Source of the DNA: Octopus sinensis
Lineage: Eukaryota
Assembly (NCBI RefSeq): GCF_006345805.1
Contig: NC_043001.1
Location: 70,556,001-70,620,000, forward strand
Length of the DNA: 64,000 nucleotides
Direction: 5' to 3'
Of this stretch, positions 52,393-64,000 are shown piece by piece. Under the pieces are notes generated by a model. That model ran no database searches and had not been told where the DNA came from. It saw only the letters and a list, made by a program, of their open reading frames with translations. Position 1 is the stretch's first letter. Each line of letters starts with the position of its first letter. The position numbers were made by a program, and so were the translations under genes.

Positions 52393-52409
52393 AAGACGAA
52401 CGCAGCAGT
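52306..52409. repeat. Perfect 104-bp palindrome: 19-bp arms around a pure (TA)n tract
   Basis: actgctgcgttcgtcttgg-(TA)n-ccaagacgaacgcagcagt. Confidence 0.95.
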
Positions 52410-53476
52410 TTCAATATATTATTAGGTGTTAAGTAAACGGAGCATTAAAGCAAACTGAGTATTGTTATAAGGATAAATTTGGTATACACCTTTAAAGGGG
52501 CATAGCGTGTATATTTAGAGGAGAATCAAATATATATTAATATACTCGGGATAATAGTTAGGAGGTGTAGAGATATATAATAGATAACAATTTACGATGT
52601 AATTAAGTATTAATATTGGGGTAAATATATTCATAGTCTATTATTATATAGGTTAGTAATAAGTAGAAAGTATTCATAGTCAAAATATTTATCCAATAGA
52701 TTCAGTACATATTCACATTAGATTTATAGGTGTGCAAATCAATAAGCAAAAAATCAAAAAGGAATAGAATTATCGATATATGCATATATTTGTGTGTGTG
52801 TATGTGAATGTGTACATATAAATACGTTAGAACACTTGTATATACATATACACATTAATTATATAATCTTATATACGTGTTTATACATATATGTACATAT
52901 TTGGGAAGTAATTAAATGCGGAAAAATTGTATAAATAAGTAATGGTATAATTAATATATTAATATGTATATTCATACACAAAAGTACCTTAATTCAAAAA
53001 AAGAGATAGATAAAACATGATCATAAATAGTTGTGGATTATTAAAATAATGTATTTATAATACAAACTTATTTTGGTAAGAAAACTAACATCCCTAAATA
53101 TATTTTGTATTAATCAAGCAAGACAAATAAATTCTATTGGTCATTTAAAAAAAAAATAGTTTCTATTCATTTATAAAATACGGTAACGGTGAAATGAGTA
53201 AATAAGTAAATAAACAAATAAATGAAATTGATATGTTATGTATACAATAAGAGAACAAGGAGATCATCTTTTATATCAAACAAAAAAGTTTAATAAATTT
53301 GTATTTAGGGGGTCCTACGCTTATGTATATGAACAAACTAGTGGTCAAGGGAAGGTAATTGTAGACAGTTATTTTAGCTATGTGAAATATAGAATATATA
53401 TTATATAAAGTATATATAAAGATAATTTATAATGTGTTATAAATATATATGCATATATACACACACATATATATAT

Positions 53477-53538
<62 letters not shown>

Positions 53539-53539
<1 letters not shown>

Positions 53540-53740
53540 CGACCGCGTGTGTACCGTTGGCGATTTTTTTCCTCTGTCTTCCCTTCTCTGGATCTTTCCT
53601 TCTCCTATGTTTCCGACGAAGAGCGCCGCACGAAACGTTAAACCCTCCTTCTTTCCTTCTTTCCTGAGCGTCGAATAATACTATATTTGTTCCACGTCCT
53701 CGCGTTGTCTTTTTATGTGGTTTCTTATTTGGATTAACTA
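53539..53740 (+). mobile_element. PLE terminal-repeat-like element with HHR-like motif (53609-53643)
   Basis: GTTT-CCGACGA-A-GAGC GCC GCAC-GAAA-CG-TT-AAAC. Confidence 0.7.
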
Positions 53741-55708
53741 CATATATATATATATATATATTGGATTAATAAATAAAAATAGTTAGGTAAAGAATAGTAA
53801 AGTAATATAATAATAATAATAATAATAATAATAAGTTGAGGGAGAAGGTATATATTAATAATATATTTAAGGAGAGGGAGGGATGGGTATGTACAACTAG
53901 TATTAATTAAGAATGGTGTATGCAAATGGCTATTAGTAATTGAAATTAGCAATTACTACTTTTTAAATTGGGTAAGAAAGTGTATAAGAAAGAAAATGAA
54001 AAGTATAGAGGATATAGTGTTAGAGATGTGATATTTAAATTTAAGTAAATGAAGTGTTATTTCAGTATAAATTAATAGAGAGGGCATTTTAAATAAATAA
54101 ATATAAATCGATAGTTATAATATCAAATTATAAAATTATTAATACACTATGTGGACATTGTTAATAAATAGTTTAATCTCTCCCCAATGCAGTAAATATA
54201 CGTAATAGGAAGGGTTATGGTTTAAAATGTGCAACTATGAAGTTGAGAGAGGGAATTGGAAATCTATTTATATTTAGAAAATACATATTTTCCCACGTGT
54301 AAACAAGTCAATTTCTTTCATCCCTGAGGTTATGTAGGTGATATTTAGTCGAAAAAATAAAAAAAGGTTTCGTCGAAACAAACAAAACATTTTTTATTGT
54401 TAATTTTATAAGAAGGCGCTTAAGCTATTATATCCCACTTAATAATAAAATATTATCCTTAAAATCCTAGATAGATTTTGGAAATTTGTTTAATTCATAG
54501 ATTTGAGCTTAACAGGTATTTCCGTTCTGGGTCAGAACGGAACTAGGAGAAGTTGGAATTAATGAATGAATCCACCCTCCCAAAACTTCAACATTTTCGA
54601 ACTGGGTCGCCAAAACCAAATGCAGTGAAAATCACGCCGAAGAAAAATATGTAATGAACAGCTTAAAAAATATGCAATGAACACCTTAAAAAATAGGCCT
54701 GCCTTCAGGATGGAATATAAAGATAGTTTACATACCCCAATATCAATTGATTTCATTGTGTGCATGAGAAAACGTGCTTTGCAATCTTCAGTTGGTGATA
54801 GTACTATCTATTTCCAGAATATTCACTGCGTCAACACGTGTATGCTTCGAACTTTAAACGTCCCGCTCTGTTTAAAAGGAAAACTATTGCAAACAATAAA
54901 AGAAAATAACTATATGAAAGCATTATTGCTGTTAAAAACAGTAATAATGCGGCAGTTAGCAAGACTTCTACCTTAATAGGTATAATATTAAATATTTGAA
55001 TGAAAGAAGGGTAAAAATACCGCTTGTCAAAGTGGAAAGCGAAAGCTTCAAAAACCAACAATCCTATGATAAATACACACACGAGCAATGCCATTTACAC
55101 CTTCAAAGATGGCCTACCTTCAGGATGTTTATGTTTAAGTATATATATATATATATATATATATATTCCCGATAACGTGTCTTCATAGGTAACTCAGTAT
55201 CTTTTCTTGGCGAAACCAGGTTACCCTCATACATGCATTTCTTCCTGTATATGTTGATAAAATACATTGGCAATAGCAATATTGGTAAAGTAACAATAAA
55301 ACATAATAAAAGTTACCAATATATATTTTCACCTAAACAGGGAAAAGGAACCGAAATATAGGAATATAGGGGGGGTGCGTGTGTGATTGTATTTTCTTTC
55401 CTATCTATTGCCATATATTTGTATATTTATATTATTTTTATTTATTATTAATTTTCATTCTGTCTACAGATTTTCTTACATACAAGAGAGTTTGTAAGAG
55501 GGGAATAGATTACAGTAAATTCGGTTGTCATGTTCCAGTGTTTCAATTAATTTACCAATGCAATGAGATTCATACACATTCAGACATACGCATACACACA
55601 TACACGTAGATATACTTACAGATAACACACACACATATATATGTGCGTGTGTGTGTAAGCATAAACATACAATGCATACATGCAAACATACATACATACA
55701 CACACACA

Positions 55709-55770
<62 letters not shown>

Positions 55771-56426
55771 CACACAAACATGTACTGTAGGACAACCTGT
55801 TTTATCAATTTTCCGATGGTGTATCTTTGGAAATCCAATAAAATACCTGCAATCTTATAACTCCCTGCCACATGTCCAACGTCCTTAAGAATTTATATAC
55901 CTTCCGTGAATTAGTTTCCTTCCCCGTTACACAATATACGTATACTGTTTTCATATATACCCATGTATTAAATTATATTATACTATAGTGTATATATGAA
56001 TACACACACACACACGCACGCACACAAGAGTTATCACCGGCTTGAGAGACAATTCAGGTTCTCTATTTCCTTAAGGGAAACAACATAAGCTTCATTTATA
56101 TCAGCATTTCTGTGAAACCATAGAAAGAAATTAACTTAATTTCCTTTCCCAAGTCAGAGAATACCATGGCCTAACATGTTCACCTTACACCGGTATTCGT
56201 GTGACATCCACAAATTCTCAATGGATAATTATACAAAGAGTTTCTCATAGCAAATCTCTACTCTGCTTTCTAATGACGCATTCATATATACCTACCTACC
56301 TACCTACCTACATGTCTCTGTAAATTCCTCTATTTACATAATATCGAAGTCTTTTTCATTCTTTTGTTGTCTTACGATTCTTATCAATATATATATATAT
56401 ATATATATAATATATATATATATATA

Positions 56427-56661
56427 TTTATTTATTTACTACCCACAAGGGGCTAAACACAGAGGAGACAAACAAGGACAGACAAAGAGATTAAGTCGAT
56501 TACATCGACCCCAGTGCGTAACTGGTACTTAATTTATCGACCCCGGAAGGATGAAAGGCAAAGTCGAACTCGACGGAATTTGAACTCGGAACGTAACGGC
56601 AGACGAAATACGGCAACGCATTTCGCCCGGTGTGCTAACGTTTCTGCCAGCTTGCCGCCTT
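56427..56661 (-). mobile_element. tRNA-derived SINE family D, full length
   Basis: - strand AAGGCGGCAAGCTGGCAGAAACG (A-box-like) ... GAGTTCAAATTCC (B box). Confidence 0.88.
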
Positions 56662-56912
56662 ATTATATATATATACATATATATGTACCTTCACTTAGCT
56701 AGCAAAAATTAGTAGTAACCGTATTTCAAAGGTCCAGCGTTGTCTCTCTTTGTGACAAGCTGAGATTGACAAAAAGACAAGATGTGTGTATACAAAAACA
56801 CAGATACAGACAGACACACACATACATACACACATACACACGCACTCACTCACACACACACACACACTCACAAATATATGTATGTATGTTGCGTATGAGT
56901 GTGTGTGTATAT

Positions 56913-56960
<48 letters not shown>

Positions 56961-56962
<2 letters not shown>

Positions 56963-57050
56963 CTTCTTCCATTTTCCTGAGCGCCTAATAATAATAATAC
57001 TGTAATTGTTCCACGTGTTGTTTTTTCTGTTTTCCCGTTTGGATTAACCT
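56961..57050 (+). mobile_element. 3' fragment of the 10543/53539 repeat family
   Basis: tcctgagcgcctaataat...ttgttccacgtg...ggattaac. Confidence 0.75.
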
Positions 57051-57059
57051 ATATACATA

Positions 57060-57640
57060 TACAATGATATGTTACATTACTCGATAGTCAAGATAAAACT
57101 CTGAGTTTCAGATGCCGAAGTGGGAATCCACATCTCTTCGGTTATCTGGCTATTTGAAAACGCTATGAAAAAATACCGTTATACAAAGGGAAATTACTCT
57201 GTTATAACTCTGCTTGCCTGCGTACTTATACATCGCTCGCATTTTACGCCATAAAATTATATAAAAATACATAAAAAATATATAAAAAATATATAAAAAT
57301 ATATAAGATCTTGGGACATAACATAGAATGCATGTTCTATCTGTTTTCTTTAGGGGACCAAAAACGTAACAGAAATTTAGTCACATAGGGGCATGATCTG
57401 GAAAGTTCTGTCCTTGTGTTTAGACATGTAGTAGGGTCTAAGCTACTTTTCCAGATAAGCCATATCTCCATGTCACATAGACCTCACCTTCCGCTGCCGT
57501 TGGTATAGGGCTTAAATCTGGCCAAAATCTTCAAATGTATGTTATAATCGACACCTTTATCAAAAATGTAACACAAACGGGACGTAACAATAGAACTGCA
57601 CAATAAAATACAAGATAAAAATACAAAATTAAAAATACAT
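57060..57640 (-). mobile_element. Penelope-like element 3' remnant (C-terminal Cys-rich region, 3' UTR and HHR-like motif)
   Basis: KGVDYNIHLKILARFKPYTNGSGR*GLCDMEIWLIW..CLNTRTELSRSCPYVTKFLL matches the PLE endonuclease C-terminal pattern (PY..C.LC..E..LN.R.E...C...KFLL). Confidence 0.7.
57091..57147 (-). ncRNA. Type I hammerhead-like motif in PLE 3' region
   Basis: AGATAA-CCGAAGA-GATG..CATC T-GAAA-CTCAGAG-TT-TTATCT. Confidence 0.6.
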
Positions 57641-58126
57641 GTACAAGAAAATACAAAACGAGAAATAAAATACAATACGAGAAATCAAAATAAACAAGAA
57701 AACAAACGAAAAAAACAAACGAAGGCCTTTGTTCTGGCAGGGACGGAAGAGGTACTGGCGAGCGCAGGGAAACATGACCTTATGGTCTGAAAGCAACGTG
57801 CAAAGGGATTAGCAGTGACGAAAGTGAGGAGGAGTGAGAGAGAGAGAGAGATAGATAGAGGAAGACACGCGGCTGAGAGAAGGATGAGGAAGAGGGAGAG
57901 AGAGGGGGGAAGGTAAAGCAAAGGGAGAGAATTTCGCGTCATAATTATATTATAAAACAATACTTGTAGTATAAGAGACGGAACGAAGGGAAAATTCGAA
58001 AATTCGAAAATTCGAAAATTCGAACGAACCCGACGCGAAGCGCTGTCAGACAATAGTGTAATAAATAAAATATATGCATACATACAAACATATATGTACG
58101 TACCGACATCTACATGTACATATACA

Positions 58127-58164
<38 letters not shown>

Positions 58165-58473
58165 GGTATGTAGAAAAATACAACATGGACAAGAACGTAT
58201 AACTCATAGAAGACGATACAATAAACATGGACAGGACATTCGAACCCCTCAGTCTTCAGTCAAGAACCGGATCATCGTAGTAATTTCGGCTGATTAATCT
58301 TGAGATTACTAGATCACGGCCAGCCCTCCAAGAAAAACTAAGCTGGAAGCGTAGATTTCCTGGAAGAAGGATCGAATGCATACGAACACCAGGACAGCAA
58401 AAGGGACAGATATAAAAAAAACAAAAAACAATAATGGAATACAGAAACATGAAATACAGAAGCATTAACGGTG
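58165..58473. repeat. Interspersed repeat, same family as 41987-42240
   Basis: See 41987-42240. Confidence 0.7.
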
Positions 58474-58498
58474 ATATATATATATATATGCACACACG

Positions 58499-58802
58499 AT
58501 ATTGATAATGAGAATGAGGAATTTGAACATTCAAAATCTATGTTTATTTACAAACTTTACATTATTTAGTTGATTTATTCGTAATAGGTGTCCGTCAGTA
58601 TTTCGATCGCATTAATTACAAATTGCTGCATATACCCTGAAGAGATCGTACTAGTAATACCAAAATCACTGCATATATATATATGCAATAATTTGCAATT
58701 AATGCGATCGAAACACACGTCAGACAATTATTATGAATAAACCAATTGTAAATAAACATAAAGTTTGAATGTTTAAGTATTCATTCTCCTTATTATCAAT
58801 AT
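58499..58802. repeat. Imperfect ~125-135 bp inverted repeat
   Basis: atattgataatgagaatga..tttatttacaa..tttcgatcgcattaatt / aattaatgcgatcgaaa..ttgtaaataaa..tcattctccttattatcaatat. Confidence 0.85.
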
Positions 58803-59639
58803 TGTACTTTACACTCTAAGTAACCAAGATAAAACTATAACATCGGATGGGAGTTTAAGGAATTGTAGCGTTAAACGCACCAGCTGAAGGAACGAGCCTT
58901 GGTATTTGGATAGAGCAATTCGGTATTTGCCGAGATATATTCCTTCTCTTACTGTATACACACATACGCACACGCACGTGAACGCACATATACCTCCCAC
59001 ATACAACACACACTCATACATACACGCACACAATTACACATACACGGGCATACACACACGCACATACACACATGCACACACGCACACACACACGCACACA
59101 CACACAATACATGAACGCACATATAACTCCACACAACCCCACGAACACACACACATGCACACACGGACATACACACAGGTACGTACACACATACATACCC
59201 GCACAAACGCACACAAACGCACACACACGCACAGACACATGCACACACGAAACACACAGGCACAACATATACATACACGTACATACATACTTCAAACTAG
59301 CAGTCAAACACCTTTCTACTGACCATTTCTCTACGCACATGTGAAGAGATGCACAACCACACAAGACCATCACTCTTGTTACCATGCTGCTGAATTCTTT
59401 CCACAACATTAAGAGATACAATGTTCACTCAAACATACACATATAAACAGCCGAAACCACACAAATACTACACACACATACACATGCTATTACACACATA
59501 CGCATGCTATTAATTACACATATACTTTTACACACAGAGAGACTTACGCGCACGCACATCCCCCACATAGATACCTCCTTCTCTTACATTCTCCTGTCTT
59601 AGAAAGACATTCCCTTCTGGTCATTTGAAAATGCAACCA

Positions 59640-59825
59640 CATGTGGATCATTGGCGATTATTTTCCCCCGTCTTCCTTTTCTCTGTCTACTGTTTCTCAC
59701 GAAGAGCTTTCCTCCAAACATAAAACCACCATTCTTTCCTTCCCTGGGCGTCTGCTAATACATTGCATGTACCATGTCCTCGCGTTGTTATTTTTTTCTT
59801 GTATTTGCTCTTCATATCTGTTTCT
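59640..59825 (+). mobile_element. Diverged copy of the 10543/53539 family with decayed HHR-like motif (59692-59726), preceded by a (CA)-rich tract (58900-59560)
   Basis: GTTT-CTCACGA-A-GAGC TTTC CTC-CAAA-CA-TA-AAAC. Confidence 0.6.
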
Positions 59826-59841
59826 TTTATCTGCTGTGTGT

Positions 59842-59918
<77 letters not shown>

Positions 59919-59924
59919 TGTGTC

Positions 59925-60960
59925 TACAGAGTGCGGTGAATATCGTCGTCTAAATTACACAAAAAAGAAAATGAAACTGATATCTCATTTTAACAGATAT
60001 ACTTACCAAAATTACATAGAAATATCTTGAAGTACTAAAGAGTAAATTTATTCAATAAAATCGCCTATGGCTTCAAACATGGTCTCCAGATGAATCTGCA
60101 ACTCTTCTGGACGGTCTCTTTTTTATGATGGTAAATGCTGCCAGAATTCTTGCCTTCAGTTTACCTTTGGTGTTACAAGGAGTTTAGTTGCTCTCTCGCA
60201 CAACTGCACCCTATACATACTAATGAAGGCGGTTGCATTCTATGGGGTTTAAGTTGCCAGATGTGAGGAGTGATGTGGTTTTAGAAATTGTCTGATAGTT
60301 ATGACTGGGTTCTTCTGCTTGTTTGACATGACGCAGCGTCCTGTTGCCAAAGATAAGGTTTTCCAGCAGCCACCCCTTAACCTAGCGCAGCACTACCTCC
60401 TCCAGGGACTTGATGTAGGCCTCTGTGTTGAGTGTGAGGCCGTGTTGGAAGATGAATGGAGGCAACATATCGCCATCACTAGCGATCATTCCAAACACCA
60501 TGATTTTGACTGGATATTTGATTTTTATCACTCTCGTTACATGTTTTGGTGACACGGACAGCCAATGGTTGTTCTGTGTGTTCACCGTCTGATCCTGGCA
60601 GAAATTTTCCTTGTCTGAGAAAAACCAAAAGCATGATCCGTTGGAGGGTATGCTTGAGTTTGTTCAAAGGCTTCGTAGCGCGGTCTTTCCTCTTGTCCTT
60701 GATGGCTTGGGATAAAAATTTGCCTTTTCTCATCTTGTACGAGGAATACCGAATTTCTTCATGCACTAACTGCGTGATAAGAAATTCGGACACTCATATG
60801 TCACTGGCGATGGGTCTGATTGACTCAGAGAGATTGTTGTCAATCATGACCTTGATTTTACCTATAAATTCAGGAGGTCTTTCTTTATCAGAACGATTAC
60901 AGTGAGTTGTAATAGAGGGACAAGTTGAACAAACGAGGCAACACACAAAAAAGTTTTAAA
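59925..60960 (-). mobile_element. Decayed DD37D (maT)-like transposon
   Basis: IRYSSYKMRKGKFLS, NTQNNHWL and IMVFGMIASDGDMLPPFIF..LNTEAYIKSLEEVV fragments; left end TACAGAGTG; the other terminus was not found. Confidence 0.75.
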
Positions 60961-61329
60961 GCACATATTTTTGCCATTATATATCGGAATGTTTCAAATC
61001 TTCGGACAAGCCTTGATCTACAACAACGATATCACCCCTACCACAACTACCACCGTCACTTCTCCACTTATTTTTGATACTTTCTCCTCTACTCTTTGAC
61101 ACTCAGTATTCTGATTTCAGAATTTCACCAATATCACCTTCAGTTTCTATCATTTCTGTTTCGATAAAATAATTTACTTTTCTTGTTTGGTAAATTGGCG
61201 GAACTGTTAAAAACGCAAACCAGATGCATGAGGTATTTATGTTGGTTGTTTACTTTCTGAGTTCAAATCTTATTGTGGTGTATTTTTTTTTTTTTTTTTT
61301 GATAGACAAAATTCGTTGCCTTGTTTGAC

Positions 61330-61990
61330 ATGACCACCTAGAAAATGAAGGTGCCTTTAGTTAAGTCCATTCTGTCTTGGCTTTTAGGATTCTTCAAAGA
61401 AACTTGTATCTCCATATGGGGAACTCACCATTGATTTGTTGTTGTTACAGAGCATCATAATTGCTGCTGCTGTGTTGTAAGAGAACCTTAGGCCAGTAGT
61501 ATTTTTTCTATTTTACCGCAGTGGACAGAATCAAAATCAGCAAACAGTAATACTTCTTCATGATATCTGACTTTACTCCTTCAAATAGTCTTCGAAATAA
61601 AGATATCCGTCTGAAGCTGATCTGTTTCTTCTGAATACATTTTGATTTCTCAAACCTTTCTCAATTTCTGGTTGTATCTTGTTGCGTAGTTCTTTGTGAG
61701 ACCCAAATCATCTTTCTTTGGAAATGGGAGTATGCAACCTTCTGTCCATTTGTCAATGTTGCCTTCATTGTAGATTGTATTGCAGAGGCCTGGCAGAATA
61801 TCATTGAATTCTCCTGTTTTCTAGACTTCAGAATAAATTTTACTCAGTCCAGTAGGATTTGGTTTTTGATGTTTTTAAAGACTTCAATCATTTTATCAAT
61901 TGGGAAATCGTTGGTTATGATATCAAAAGTGCGGTCAATAATTGTTGTACACCATACAACCACGAACAGAAATTGCCAATGTCTAAATGA
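61330..61990 (-). mobile_element. RTE-clade LINE fragment (RT N-terminal part)
   Basis: KTGEFNDILPGLCNTIYNEGNIDKWTEGCILPFPKKDDLG; NKIQPEIEK. Confidence 0.8.
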
Positions 61991-62169
61991 ATTTATTCTT
62001 GAAAATCTGTGTGTTTAAATGCCAAATTCCAAAACAAACCCTCCAAGCTATAAATATTCACATCTGGCAATAGCGCGAATGCGCAACTAGATTAGAAACT
62101 AATCAACAAACAAAGGATGAATAGCGCGTTAAATACTGAGTCTTACAATAAATTTGAAGGAGGGAGCAG

Positions 62170-62640
62170 CGACTGTAAAAATTGCCACATCGAAATTTTC
62201 CCTTTGCCTTAGAGCTAACAAAATCAAATCAGCCTTTAGGCCCGCATACGACTGATCAGACTTAGCAACCAACAGAATAATCTGCAATCAATAGACAATA
62301 TCAGATAGAAACAGATTTGAGCTGCTACAAAATGAAAATGAAGAAAATTCATCTAACATAACCTTCAATAATTTTGTAACATCGAACACAGGGGTTGCAA
62401 AAGAGATCATACCCATCAAACCTAGAACTAATAAAAAATCTCCCCTAGGGTGACCAAGAGATAGTGAATATGAGAAAACACCTCATACTAAAATTATACA
62501 TCTAAGTCATTCAACAATGAAACTACATCCAATATAAAATGAAGGAAATTAGACATGCTGCTGTAAACAAGTAGATATCATTACCCTCGCAGATAGTAAA
62601 CAAAATAAGCGGACGCGAAAACTCCAACAAGTCTAAAATT
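62170..62640 (+). mobile_element. RTE-clade LINE fragment (EN-RT linker), inverted relative to 61330-61990
   Basis: LRANK..YD*S..NRFELLQNE..FNNFVT..AKEIIP; NSNKSKIRTKNP. Confidence 0.65.
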
Positions 62641-63089
62641 AGAACTAAAAATCCTCAGAAAAATCCCCAGGGATTATTTTCAAAATTTTTTGGGGAATAT
62701 ACCTTTGGTTTCTGATTTAAAATTTCATTTCGTTTAATTTTTATTGACTGGGCAATACCTGCCGTTGCATGAACACAAAAGGTTTAGTTGAGCTATCTAT
62801 GTAATGATGACAATATTCTGGATGTTAAATCTGTTTCCCTATTTGGAAAAATATCTGGACATGTCATGGTAGTTTGTTCACATGTTCAATATCTTGAGTG
62901 AAGTATGAAGAACTTTGTACTTTTCGTTTTACATGTTAATTTAGCTTTCGGGTTTTGACAGTTTTTTTTTTCAGATGCTTGCTTTGACAGACAGACACCT
63001 TGTATCGAAATACGGAACTTTATCAGCGGAAACTTTCTGAAGTATTTAAGTGTTTCTTTCATATTCACTTCTACTGTTGGCACCAGAAT

Positions 63090-63480
63090 TTCAGGCCAAG
63101 TACTGATTTCCTTTCAAACTCAGGCGATGGATAATCATGGAAATAAAATAAAGTAGTTTTGTAACCTCATCGCTTTGTGAAACATGATAGAAATTAACCA
63201 TTTTCCATTCACAATGCAATATCTTTCACTGTGTTCCTCTGAGAATGTCTCTCTGTACTATGAACGCAATAAACTTTTCTTTATGTTTCTACTATCGTTT
63301 GTACTCGACACGCTTGTAAACTTTATAAGACGTCCAAGACTTATCTTGCTTACCGAATTCTATTCGAAAATATGCAAGATATGTGCTTTTACACAACGAC
63401 AATCCTTTGCTGTTGCGGAAGATATTCGCTACTACATCTAACAGGATGCATTAATATTTTTAAGTAGCTTTTTCGTGATG
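63090..63480 (-). mobile_element. Possible Chapaev3-like transposase N-terminal remnant
   Basis: MSSSRKS..., KSTYLAYFRIEFGKQDKSW.., GLKF.VP resemble the YFG.KLGDQDKSWAPH...FGVPMVWREP motif I associate with Chapaev3; frameshifted. Confidence 0.45.
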
Positions 63481-64000
63481 AACTCATATTAATCTGCGGA
63501 GAAGATAAGATTATATTAAAGACAATATTAGACTGCAACTTGATTACATAAAAACAACGACGTTAAGATGCACATAAAGATAATGCAAATCCTTCTACAT
63601 ATGTCAGCAAGTATAAATCATATTGTGGTATGATCACTATTTGAGAGATACCCAATAACTCTGAAGTCAGAATAGCAGAACGGATGTCATTTTTACATAC
63701 AGCACCCACAAAATATACAGAACCGTTTATGTATTCTTTGTAGTAAAATTTCTTACCGTTGTTTTCGTTCAATGTTGTTTAGTAAATTTGTGTGCGCCTG
63801 TGTGTGTGTGAGTGTGTATGTGTGTGCGTGTGCGTGTATATACACACAGAGATATATATGTATTATGTATATATATATATATATATATATATCCTCCTAG
63901 CCCCACGTGCAAGGAGGATTACATAGGTGAAACAGGAAATTCTTTATGCCAGGATTCACCGAAAACATGTCCGACAGGAAGAATTGCGCAATATACCACT

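Noticed and set aside
55175-55225. GGTAA-CTCAGTA...GAAA-CCAGG-TTACC
   Set aside because: Degenerate core, no helix II and ambiguous cleavage site; too weak.
57989-58023. Four tandem GAAAATTC octamers
   Set aside because: Short slippage-type repeat with no evidence of function.
58225-58265. TGANGA...GAAT motif in the 41987/58165 repeat family (- strand)
   Set aside because: GAAT instead of GAAA and no consistent helix I or II in either copy.
63563-63772. 69-aa - strand ORF with protein-like composition
   Set aside because: No recognisable motif or splice context; not in frame with the adjacent transposase-like fragments.

Overview
This is animal genomic DNA, AT-rich and saturated with (TA)n, (CA)n and (TTA)n microsatellites. 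The recurrent SINE families resemble those I know from octopus genomes, so an octopus origin is an inference. I recognise no host protein-coding gene. Most listed ORFs are microsatellite read-through or decayed transposon frames. Contents: at least four tRNA-derived SINE families; decayed LINEs (R4/Dong-like x3, RTE x2, L1/Tx1-like, CR1/Jockey-like); Penelope-like element (PLE) remnants with GIY-YIG-region coding fragments (x4); mariner, Tc1, DD37D/maT-like and possibly Chapaev DNA transposon remnants; TA-flanked and hAT MITEs; and a non-autonomous Helitron. The most striking signal is about 17 type-I hammerhead-ribozyme (HHR)-like motifs from at least 7 unrelated sequence families. Three have canonical cores and cleavage triplets (17797-17834 +, 34252-34297 +, 37075-37152 -). 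Most have palindromic helix III, and several sit directly downstream of PLE coding remnants or inside inverted repeats. A second recurring pattern is local inverted duplication next to (TA)n tracts. A possible small-exon host gene at about 42.6-48.2 kb is unresolved. All alignments and folds were done by eye, and the boundaries of decayed elements are approximate.
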